A DNA stretch of 64,000 nt from a virus: positions 1 to 64,000 of the IMG/VR virus record IMGVR_UViG_3300032783_000063; one strand, 5' to 3'. Position 1 is the stretch's first letter. Each line of letters begins with the position of its first letter. Shown here in pieces: positions 19,790 to 28,232 of the stretch. The notes under the pieces are model-generated. The model saw nothing but the letters and a program-made list of their open reading frames with translations, made no database searches and was not told the DNA's origin. Made by a program: the position numbers and the translations under genes.

Positions 19790-22700
19790 CAGGTGATCCC
19801 GTACATGACTGCCTGGCAGTAAGCACCTGTCGATACCAGCGCCGGGGGGCTGAGCAGAGGATGACCTCCGGTGGTTACCGTCAGACCGCCCGTGGCGTAT
19901 GTGACCGGGCTGGAGATTGTGTAACTGGTGTTGGCGACGGCATTGGTGATGGTGGTCCTGGGCGGGATGACCTGGACGCCGACGAGAAGGGTGTCGGTGC
20001 CGGCGCTGTTCCCGGCCGGGTTCTGGGAGAGCGTGTAGCCGGTGCCTGCCTGGACGGCGATGATGATGGTCCCTGCCGTGATGTTCCCGGGCGTGGTGGC
20101 ATCGGTGACGACCGCGCCGACGTCGGCGGCAACGGCGGATGGAACCCCGGTTACCGTGGCAGTGCTCGTGCTGAACGTGCATGCGGGGCAGCTGCGGGCC
20201 GGGTTGGGGCCGCATGGACCAATCAGCAGGTTCTGGGCAGCGCTGGCCTGGCCGGTGGCCTGCGCAGGGGAGGTCGTGAAGGTAGACGGCGACCCGGGAG
20301 TGACAGTATCTATCACTGTGCCCGGGGTGAAATTCGCCGGGGTTGTCTTGTTGAAGACTGTCGCGCCGACGTCAGTTGCCAGAACGGCAGCGTCGGTTAT
20401 CGCGCCGGTGGATGGTACGGTGCAACTGGTGTCACTGCGGGCTGTCGCGGCGATGATGCCCCGTCCGATATTGGCAACTGCCGCGCTGGGACACAGGATG
20501 ATGTTCTGGCTGGGCGACGCCTGGGCCGTGCAGCCGAGGCTGCCGGATCCGTTAGCGCACCAGACGAGCCCGGTCATGATGTTGTTCCCGCCAGAGAACG
20601 CGGAGACGGAAATAGTCTGGTTGTCGAATGATATGGCCAGCCAGTCGGCCAGCTGCGGTATGCAGCTCGCCCCGAGAGGTATTACCGGCTGACCCGCTGC
20701 CGGGCACGGTATATTACCGCTGGTCGCGTTGAGGTACATGCCGCCGTTCGGCTTGGCGTTCAGACCTGACCCGCTGTTCTTGTAATAGGCAACAGAGATA
20801 TTCCCGTAGGAAACGGCCACTGACTCGATGACGATATTAGCGGAACTGTACCCGGCTGACTTGAGCCGCGTGTAGGCCGCCGCCATGAAGCTGATAGGCG
20901 ACGCGGAAGTCCAGGACATGACTGAGCTGAAATTAGAATTGAACCCGTTCTGCAGCGGGTCGTTGGCGCTGGCGTAGCCGCTGGACGGGCCGACCTGAGC
21001 CCATGCGGATGTGCCACCGCCCGTCCCGGCCGTGGTGCAGATCCAGATGAGCCCGGTCTGGTCAATGACGAAATCGCCGGCCAGGTACGTTCCCGACCGG
21101 GGGGCGCCGCCCGCCGTCGCTCCCGCATACCGGCTGGCTGCGGTAGCCCCCGGCAGCCCTGCCGGAGCGTAGTCAGGGAGACTCTGGCCTGCCTGCGCCC
21201 AGGTGGCAAGAGTTCCGGTCCCGCCCGTGGTGCAGATCCAGATGAACCCGGTCTGGTCAATGACGAAATCGCCGGCCAGGTAGGTTCCCGACGTCGGCTT
21301 GCCGCTGACAGTCGCGCCGACAAAGCGGCTCCCGGCACCGGCCCCCGTTATCATGCTCCCGCCGCTGGCCGCGACAAGGCCAGCGGCAGCGAACGCCTGC
21401 GCGCTTGCGACCTCCTGGAAATTAGGCCCGGTTCCGCAGTTGATGATGGTGGTCTGCTGCAGCGGCACGTTGAGCAGCGGCTGCAGCCCCCAGTTGCCGA
21501 CCGTGTCGAGCAGCAGGCCCGTGGTACTGCTGTCTGCGTAGACGTGGAAGTAGACGCCGGCGCCGAGATTGTGCGTAAGCTGACCGGATTGCCGGACTAT
21601 TATGTTGCGGCAGGGAGTGCCAGCTGTACTTTTGGTGAACTGGAATGCGTTTCCCGTCCACGAGCTGGCGTCCCAGCCGCGGACGTGCTCTATGGTAACA
21701 CTGAATCCGGCTGCTATGTTGATCAGCCCTGCGGGGGCCAGCTCAACGACGATGTTCCGGAATAGCATATCCTGTGCGTATCCGGCTGCATTCTGCATGT
21801 CAAAGTTAAAGAATGGCACAAAGTTATTGTTGCCAAAATATCCGGTGTCCAGATCTTGCCAGGAGCAGGATGTGACGCCTACCTGCAGTGAGTTCCAGGC
21901 GGAATTAGTGGCCAGCGCGGAGCCGTAAATACGGCATTCGCCGTACACCACGAGATCAATAGCGGTGCCGCCGAATTCCGACCAGACGCTGTGTGCCGGA
22001 TTATCCTGCTGAGCCTGGACGCCGCAGATGCGGAACTTGGACAGCCCGACGTTGCCGCCCAGGGTGAAGGTGGCAGTGCCTGCGGCGCTGTCGGTGGCAG
22101 GCTTGCTCAGCACGTATCCGGGGCCGGCGTCTCCGGGTGTTATGTAAGAAGAGATAACCGTGGACGCCTGTATGTTAGTTCCGCTGATCGGGGCGCCGAC
22201 GTCGGTGGAGACCGCCGACGGGTCATATACAGTGGCTGAGCCGTTACTGGTCGTGCAGCCGGTATCGGCGCGCCGTGTGATATCCCATACGTGACCGGTA
22301 ACCGGTGCGATCGTGACTGATCCGCCGTTGATGCTGCCGGCTCCGGTGATGCTGAGCATGGGGGCCTGCCCTGGCGCAGGCGCATATGCCTGATTGTTGA
22401 AAAGCACCAGGTAAGCAGTCCCGGCCGGGACGGGAAACGTGTACGGGCCGCCGGCCACTCCCGTCAGCGTGGCAGTGCCTGTTGCTGTCGTCGGAGACGG
22501 GTAGCCGACAGATGCGGTGAAGGAAACACTTGCGCTTGACGCCGCCTGCGCAGACGACAGGGATACTGTTCCGGTGCCTGACGGCGAGACGGCCCCCGTA
22601 ACACCCTTCCCCGAAGCATACAGGAAACAATGCTCAAAAGTAATGTCGTGAGTGTTCTTGTACATGGTGAAGAGACTCGACACGGAATTTATGATCGAGC

Positions 22701-23355
22701 CGCCGGCGCCGCTGCTGCTGTTCGGCCCGTCGATGTTCGAGCCGCGGACATGCATGCCGCTGTACATGGAGATCGGAGTCGACGTCCTGAAGCCTCTGTT
22801 GCCGAGATCCACGATGCCGGACGCAGCCTGTGCGGCGGCGAAGCACGCGTGGACAGGAACGTCGTCATCAGTAACGCCGTCGCCGGCGGCACCGAACGAC
22901 ATCGGGCTGAAGATGCCCTGGGTGGCGTTGACGGCAAGCGGAACACCGGTGAACGCCCCGGCGGAAACGACCTGGCGGACGGTGAACCCTGCGGCGTGAG
23001 CGACAGGAACAGACGCCAAAGCGCCGCGGATCACCGTCCACGTCACGCCGGATACGTCCGTGACCGCAACCATCTCGGAAGACAGCACCGGATCCCCGGC
23101 ATAGAACGGGTTCCCTGCAGACGGGACCGGGAACCCGTCCGACGATGCGACAGTCCACGTCTCGGTGCTGCCTGGCGCAGGCGCGCCGGTGCCTCCGGCG
23201 GTCACCGTGGTCGTGGCGAGCAGATTCCCGGCGGTGATCTTCTTGGTGGTCCCGGACCCGGCCATGGAGAAGTCGCTGGTGTCGACCACCGGGAACAGGT
23301 CACCGGGCTGCAGGCTGGACCCGGCCAGCGCCCCGTATTCGCTGATCTTGCCCAT
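19789..23355 (-). CDS. Multidomain fibre/spike protein with beta-helix
   Basis: N-terminal GKISEY..DLFPVVD module; FGAAGDGVTDD beta-helix cap; internal duplicated modules. Confidence 0.75.
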   Translation of the reverse strand: MGKISEYGALAGSSLQPGDLFPVVDTSDFSMAGSGTTKKITAGNLLATTTVTAGGTGAPAPGSTETWTVASSDGFPVPSAGNPFYAGDPVLSSEMVAVTDVSGVTWTVIRGALASVPVAHAAGFTVRQVVSAGAFTGVPLAVNATQGIFSPMSFGAAGDGVTDDDVPVHACFAAAQAASGIVDLGNRGFRTSTPISMYSGMHVRGSNIDGPNSSSGAGGSIINSVSSLFTMYKNTHDITFEHCFLYASGKGVTGAVSPSGTGTVSLSSAQAASSASVSFTASVGYPSPTTATGTATLTGVAGGPYTFPVPAGTAYLVLFNNQAYAPAPGQAPMLSITGAGSINGGSVTIAPVTGHVWDITRRADTGCTTSNGSATVYDPSAVSTDVGAPISGTNIQASTVISSYITPGDAGPGYVLSKPATDSAAGTATFTLGGNVGLSKFRICGVQAQQDNPAHSVWSEFGGTAIDLVVYGECRIYGSALATNSAWNSLQVGVTSCSWQDLDTGYFGNNNFVPFFNFDMQNAAGYAQDMLFRNIVVELAPAGLINIAAGFSVTIEHVRGWDASSWTGNAFQFTKSTAGTPCRNIIVRQSGQLTHNLGAGVYFHVYADSSTTGLLLDTVGNWGLQPLLNVPLQQTTIINCGTGPNFQEVASAQAFAAAGLVAASGGSMITGAGAGSRFVGATVSGKPTSGTYLAGDFVIDQTGFIWICTTGGTGTLATWAQAGQSLPDYAPAGLPGATAASRYAGATAGGAPRSGTYLAGDFVIDQTGLIWICTTAGTGGGTSAWAQVGPSSGYASANDPLQNGFNSNFSSVMSWTSASPISFMAAAYTRLKSAGYSSANIVIESVAVSYGNISVAYYKNSGSGLNAKPNGGMYLNATSGNIPCPAAGQPVIPLGASCIPQLADWLAISFDNQTISVSAFSGGNNIMTGLVWCANGSGSLGCTAQASPSQNIILCPSAAVANIGRGIIAATARSDTSCTVPSTGAITDAAVLATDVGATVFNKTTPANFTPGTVIDTVTPGSPSTFTTSPAQATGQASAAQNLLIGPCGPNPARSCPACTFSTSTATVTGVPSAVAADVGAVVTDATTPGNITAGTIIIAVQAGTGYTLSQNPAGNSAGTDTLLVGVQVIPPRTTITNAVANTSYTISSPVTYATGGLTVTTGGHPLLSPPALVSTGAYCQAVMYGIT
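21030..21292. repeat. Intragenic near-identical 68-bp duplication, 195 bp apart
   Basis: 21030-21097 and 21225-21292 both encode SGTYLAGDFVIDQTG(F/L)IWICTT. Confidence 0.9.
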
Positions 23356-23364
23356 CGTGGTCTC

Positions 23365-23928
23365 CTAACGCCCTGCTGCCGCCCTGGCAGCGGCAGCGGC
23401 GTAGATCCCCATGCTGCCGATAATCTTGTCCGGCTCGCCAAGGATCTCGTCCAGCGCCGGGGCAACCTCACGGCAGCAACAGCGTTCCTCCCTGTCGTGA
23501 CAGGCCAGGGTGCCGCCTGCGGCGAGGAGCGGCAGGGCAAGGTTCACGTCAGCCCCGACCTGCGTCCCGGCGTGGTCGCCGTCGATGAAGATAAACCCGA
23601 ACCGGGTCCCGGCTGCAGCCATCCCCGGTAGAACATCCTGGCTGGCATGGCGGAGGATGGTCACCTTACCTGCCGCCCCGGCGAGGAGCAGGTTAGCGGT
23701 CATCACCGGCAGCGAGTCCAGCCAATCATGCGGATCCACTGCGGTGACCGACCGGGCACCCCCGAGAGCCATCACGATCGCCGAGTACCCGAACGCTGAG
23801 CCGATCTCCAGGACATCCTGGTCTTTCGCCATCCGGGCAAGCGCGGCGGCTTCTTCCGGGAGGACCGAGGTCGGGATGGTCTGCGGATGCAGGCCGCCGA
23901 CCGGCTGTTCCTGCCACGCCAGATGCAT
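23365..23928 (-). CDS. SAM-dependent methyltransferase (Methyltransf_24-like)
   Basis: VLEIGSAFGYS, FIFIDGDH, CHD. Confidence 0.9.
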   Translation of the reverse strand: MHLAWQEQPVGGLHPQTIPTSVLPEEAAALARMAKDQDVLEIGSAFGYSAIVMALGGARSVTAVDPHDWLDSLPVMTANLLLAGAAGKVTILRHASQDVLPGMAAAGTRFGFIFIDGDHAGTQVGADVNLALPLLAAGGTLACHDREERCCCREVAPALDEILGEPDKIIGSMGIYAAAAARAAAGR

Positions 23929-23930
23929 GC

Positions 23931-24293
23931 TTACCCGGCGGCGGGGGTTTTCGTCCAGGTGAACCGGGACGGCCCCGAACTCCCCGCACCCGGGTTCCCG
24001 GCGCCCTGCAGGCCGCCGGGCTGAATGCCCTGCGTCCACCCGCCCGAGGGCGCGGCGGGCCCGGCGGCGGGGCTCTTGCCGCCGTCTTTCCCTATCAGGG
24101 TGGACACCGGCGCCGGGGCGCCTGGCGGCAGGACCGGCAGCGGCAAGACCTCCGGGCCCGCGCCAGGATCACCCGGCGACGGGCTCGAGATCGGCACCGA
24201 CCCGGACCCGGACTGGCCGAGATCGCCGTGGACCTCGCCGCCCGCGCTCATCGAGGACGGGACCAGCGGCGGGGCGGTCAGGTGCTGCACCAT
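23931..24293 (-). CDS. Pro/Gly-rich small protein
   Basis: Tightly packed ORF after capsid gene. Confidence 0.55.
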   Translation of the reverse strand: MVQHLTAPPLVPSSMSAGGEVHGDLGQSGSGSVPISSPSPGDPGAGPEVLPLPVLPPGAPAPVSTLIGKDGGKSPAAGPAAPSGGWTQGIQPGGLQGAGNPGAGSSGPSRFTWTKTPAAG

Positions 24294-24499
24294 CAGGTCT
24301 GCCTGAACGGGCCGGAGTCGCCGTCAAGATACGGATAGTCCGCAGTCTTCATGAACCCGGCGTTGTTGGTGCCGCCAGGGTCGGTCGGCTGCGGCCGGTC
24401 CACGTCCTGCGCGCCGCCGTAGTTCACCGGATCGCTGCGGTCCGGCATGCCGGCCACCGCGCCCTGCCGGACACCGGAACCGCCGGGAAACGTAGCCAT
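24293..24499 (-). CDS. Small hypothetical protein
   Basis: Coupled ORF, 68 aa. Confidence 0.55.
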   Translation of the reverse strand: MATFPGGSGVRQGAVAGMPDRSDPVNYGGAQDVDRPQPTDPGGTNNAGFMKTADYPYLDGDSGPFRQT

Positions 24500-25024
24500 C
24501 TACCGCTGTCCTTTCTTCCAGCCGCCGACCATGATGTTCCCCTGCCCCGCCCCGTCAGAAGTGGGGTAGAACCCGCCCTCGACGAGGGGCCGCGCCGGCG
24601 GGTACGTCCCCGCCGGGGCGGTCGAGTCCGGGCCGACCACCGCGGACACGACATAGTTGCCGGTGCCGCCGCCGGGCTTGCCGTACACGGCGTTCGGGTC
24701 GGTGACCTGGATGGTCATGCCGGGCTGCTGGATCTGCCCGGCCGGCGCCCCGCCGGACCCGGGCGCGCCCGTGCCGCCCAGCGGCGTCCCGGCCAGCGTG
24801 TCATTAGCCGGGTAAATTCCCGGCGGAGCCGTCGGGTCAGACGCCTCCCCGGCGACTGACGGCGAACCGCCCGCGCCAGTCGAGTAGGAAAGCGGGATGC
24901 CGAACGCCGACGCCGGGTCCTGGCCGGGCGCCAGCGTCGAGTCATTCGGGTTCGCGGGGACACCTGGCGCGGGGGCGAAGCCGTCCCCGGATTCGTCCGG
25001 GCCCCTGTACTTCAGGTCAGCCAT
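24500..25024 (-). CDS. Pro/Gly/Thr-rich protein
   Basis: GAGGAG RBS; low-complexity, likely disordered. Confidence 0.6.
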   Translation of the reverse strand: MADLKYRGPDESGDGFAPAPGVPANPNDSTLAPGQDPASAFGIPLSYSTGAGGSPSVAGEASDPTAPPGIYPANDTLAGTPLGGTGAPGSGGAPAGQIQQPGMTIQVTDPNAVYGKPGGGTGNYVVSAVVGPDSTAPAGTYPPARPLVEGGFYPTSDGAGQGNIMVGGWKKGQR

Positions 25025-25055
25025 CACAGCTCCTCGCTGCCGGTTTCCGTTGGAC

Positions 25056-25095
25056 CGCGCCGGGCCGGGCGTTCACAGTCGCCCGGCCCGGCGCG
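25056..25095 (-). terminator. Perfect 16-bp hairpin downstream of the major capsid gene
   Basis: CGCGCCGGGCCGGGCG-N8-CGCCCGGCCCGGCGCG. Confidence 0.7.
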
Positions 25096-25148
25096 CACCT
25101 TGACTGCAGGTGGCGGCAGCCAAGGAAGATACAGGCGTACAGGAAGGA

Positions 25149-26420
25149 TCAGGTACTTCCTCCCACGTAGTACTTCATGCAGTTGCCGGTCCGATCGACC
25201 AGGGTGCCGTCGCCCCTGATCACGGCCCGGAACGTCACCAGGTCAGTGTTGAACTGGTAATCATCGGACCGCTCGAACCGGACTGGGCCGACCAGCCGCA
25301 CGAAGAACTGGGCGAAGTCGCCGAACACCACCGACTTCGCTGACGTCGCCACCGCCGGCATGAACGGGTCCGCGACCAGCGGCTTGCCCAGCAGCAGGTC
25401 CGGGGACCCGAGGACCACCGACGGCTCCCAGATCGGCCGCAGGTTCGCGTCGAGCAGCAGCCGGAACCCGGCGATCGTCTTGTCCGCCGCCAGCCAGTAG
25501 CAGCTGCGGGACTGACGGTAAGGAGCGATAACGCTGTACTCCAGGTTCACCAGGTCCGAGTACTGCGGGGCGCCGGTCTTGCCGGTTGTGGTGCCGAGGA
25601 CACCCTGGCCTGCGTTCTTGAGCAGCCCGTCCGGCTTGGTGGTGCCCGTGCCGGTGATCAGGTCCGAGCCGAAAGCGTTCCCGATCGCCCGCCCCGACGA
25701 CATGGCCAGGTAGCCGACCAGGTCAACACCCGAGTCGTCGAGAAGCTCGCGGGCCACGGACAGGAGCACGCCGTACTTGTAGGCGCCGAGCGTGACGACG
25801 TCGAACTGCGGGTCAACCTCGTTGATGGAGCCGATCTGCCCAGTCAGCGCCGCCGTGGTGTGCGACGTGGTGCGGGGCACGGTCAGGTTCTCACCGCCGG
25901 CAGTGTTCAGGATCGTCGGCCCGGCCTGCAGCAGCCCCGACACCTCGATCAGGTGGCTTATGAGCTGGTCGTAGAAGTCCGTCGGGGTCAGCGCCCCGCC
26001 GGACGCAGCCGAGTAGGTCATCAGGGCCCGGTAGTTCACCGGCCCCCGGGCCGGGTCGTGGCGCAGTTCCAGCACCCGCGGCGATCCGGCGTCGCCGCGG
26101 AACCAGGCCCGGATCTCGCCGTCCGACCCGCCGCCGGGACTGGTTTCCGGCTGCCGCCACGCCGACTGCCGTTTCTTGTCGACGTCCTTGCCGACAATCG
26201 AGTTGAACGCCGCATCCGCGTCCTTCGACCGCTTCTCCGCCTCGAGGACGGCCTTGATGCGCTTGTCCAGGTTGTCGAGTTCCTCGTTCGCCGCGTCCCA
26301 GGAACCCTGCTCCTCGGCGGTCAGCGCCCGGTTCTCTTCCGTTGCCCGGTCGGCGATGGCTTTTGCCTGCTCCCAGACGTTCAGCCTGCGGTCACGCAGG
26401 GTCTTGGCCACTTCGGACAT
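25149..26420 (-). CDS. Major capsid protein, HK97 family, with N-terminal delta domain
   Basis: Coiled-coil N-terminus, GGALTP, ELLDDS, LLGKP, FGDF, R.DG. Confidence 0.95.
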   Translation of the reverse strand: MSEVAKTLRDRRLNVWEQAKAIADRATEENRALTAEEQGSWDAANEELDNLDKRIKAVLEAEKRSKDADAAFNSIVGKDVDKKRQSAWRQPETSPGGGSDGEIRAWFRGDAGSPRVLELRHDPARGPVNYRALMTYSAASGGALTPTDFYDQLISHLIEVSGLLQAGPTILNTAGGENLTVPRTTSHTTAALTGQIGSINEVDPQFDVVTLGAYKYGVLLSVARELLDDSGVDLVGYLAMSSGRAIGNAFGSDLITGTGTTKPDGLLKNAGQGVLGTTTGKTGAPQYSDLVNLEYSVIAPYRQSRSCYWLAADKTIAGFRLLLDANLRPIWEPSVVLGSPDLLLGKPLVADPFMPAVATSAKSVVFGDFAQFFVRLVGPVRFERSDDYQFNTDLVTFRAVIRGDGTLVDRTGNCMKYYVGGST

Positions 26421-26604
26421 GTGACAGTTCTCCGTTTCAGTAGCGAGGTGTCCGAAACGGCGATCCAGCGCGGCCCTGTGTTGTGTCCCGGTGCCTGCCT
26501 CGCGGCCGGGAGTCCGTGCCAGTGATGCGTCCGTGTCACGCCTGTCCAGGTGGTGTCGAGCCGGCCTGGAGGCGCCGTGCGCGGGGTTGTGCTTGTTCTT
26601 CCGC

Positions 26605-27255
26605 TTACATGCGGGAAGCTGCGTGCGGTACAGGACGGTGCGGCGGGAAGCACGCCGGCGTGCCCGTCAGCGGCACCGACGGGTAGTAGTCACAGGTCAC
26701 CGCGTCCACCGACGCGCACGTGATGCCGGCGTCCAGCCACCGGGAAACCAGATCCCAGTCATCGGCGCGGATCAGGCTCCGCCACGACGCCACGTCGAGG
26801 AGCTCACGGCGGTGCAGCAGCATGCACGACAGCACGCGGCCGTGCGCCAGCGGCCCGTCGCCGATCCGCAGCACGCTGTCCCCGGCGCACTTGATGACTG
26901 CCCGCGAGTACGCGAACCCCGCAGCCGGGTCAGACTCCAGAGCATCAGCCAGCAGCCGGAGATGGTCCGGCCGGTAGGCGTCGTCGTCGTCCAGGTAGGC
27001 GATCAGATTCCCGCGGGCGAGAGTGAGAGCGTGGTTGCGGGCATCCGCCCCGCCCGGCCCCGTAGTGACCGTCTCGCCGTACACGACCGGCAGCCCGGCG
27101 ACCAGGGCCTGCAGTTCCGGGTCCGGGTCGGAGACGACAACATGCTCAACGTCGGGATACGTCTGCGCCCGCACCGACGGGACACAGCGGCCCAGCAGCA
27201 GGTCGTGCCTGTGCCAGGTGGGCGTGATGACGGAGATCAGCCCTCGTCGGCCCAC
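26605..27255 (-). CDS. Glycosyltransferase family 2 (paralog C)
   Basis: LISVITPTWHRHDLLL, IAYLDDDDAYRPDHL. Confidence 0.85.
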   Translation of the reverse strand: MGRRGLISVITPTWHRHDLLLGRCVPSVRAQTYPDVEHVVVSDPDPELQALVAGLPVVYGETVTTGPGGADARNHALTLARGNLIAYLDDDDAYRPDHLRLLADALESDPAAGFAYSRAVIKCAGDSVLRIGDGPLAHGRVLSCMLLHRRELLDVASWRSLIRADDWDLVSRWLDAGITCASVDAVTCDYYPSVPLTGTPACFPPHRPVPHAASRM

Positions 27256-28214
27256 GGGTCCTCACGGCGCCCCAGCAGCGTCGCCGCCGCGGCAGCACCC
27301 AGCAGCCGCTTCGGCTGCGGCCGCGGCTTCACAGCCACCGACGGCCGGTCCGTCCGCACGAAGAACCGCCGCAGCTCATCCTGATCCGCGAGCTTCCGGA
27401 CCTCATCCACCTCAACACCCATATGATCCGCCAGCGACCGCAGCCCGGCCGACGCATCCGGGTACGCCGGGTCGACTACCGGGGCCACATCCACCAACTG
27501 CACCTCGACCAGCGACCTGACCGGATAGTTCGTGTCCTCCGTCAGATCCCACTCCTCGCCCCCGGAGGGCACCCGGAACGCGAAACTGGAATGCTGCACG
27601 TCACCCCGGCCCACCAGCTCGAGAATGTCGCCCCGGGACTGCGGCGGCAGCACGTCATAATGCAGCCCCACCCGGTCAACCTCGAGCCTCAGCGTGTTCC
27701 CCGCCGTCGTGCCCAGCAGCATGTCATCGGAATGGTTGTACCGGCACACCGCACCCGACCAGCCGCCCTGCCGCGCCTGGTTGAACGCCGACGGGAGGAC
27801 ACGCTCCACGAACCCGCCCAGGTTCCGCGACGTCACCGGCCGCTGCGTGGTGTGGAACACTGCGCCGTAGCCGACGATCCGGTTCCCCTCAACCTCGGAA
27901 CGGCATTCGACGGGGCCGCGGGTATAGCGGCGCTCCACCGGGACACGCTCGAGCATGGACCGCCCCGCATCGGACGCGACCTTTATGCCCATGCGTTCGG
28001 CCGCTGCTTTGATCTTCGGAAGGGCTTTGTCACCGAATGGGGACTGAGGGGCGCGAGCTAGGGCATTCCGGACATGAGCCTCGTCATGTATCGGAAAATG
28101 CCGCAAACTACGCGGAACGGTCTTGCCCTCTGCGTCTTTTGAGCCGCCGCTCTCCACGAATGCGAACTGACTGTCCGGGAGGTCGTTAATGTCCGATGTG
28201 GACATCTGTGTCAT
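27237..28214 (-). CDS. HK97 prohead protease with N-terminal DUF6582-like domain
   Basis: GYGAVF, F.E, YNH, SFAF, DVAPV..PAYP; N-terminal LPDSQFA...FPIHDEAHVRNALAR. Confidence 0.9.
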   Translation of the reverse strand: MTQMSTSDINDLPDSQFAFVESGGSKDAEGKTVPRSLRHFPIHDEAHVRNALARAPQSPFGDKALPKIKAAAERMGIKVASDAGRSMLERVPVERRYTRGPVECRSEVEGNRIVGYGAVFHTTQRPVTSRNLGGFVERVLPSAFNQARQGGWSGAVCRYNHSDDMLLGTTAGNTLRLEVDRVGLHYDVLPPQSRGDILELVGRGDVQHSSFAFRVPSGGEEWDLTEDTNYPVRSLVEVQLVDVAPVVDPAYPDASAGLRSLADHMGVEVDEVRKLADQDELRRFFVRTDRPSVAVKPRPQPKRLLGAAAAATLLGRREDPWADEG

Positions 28215-28232
28215 AGTTGCGCCCCAATCGGG

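Noticed and set aside
21030-21292. Diversity-generating retroelement TR/VR pair
   Set aside because: Both copies are in-frame within one gene, differences are minimal, and no reverse transcriptase is present
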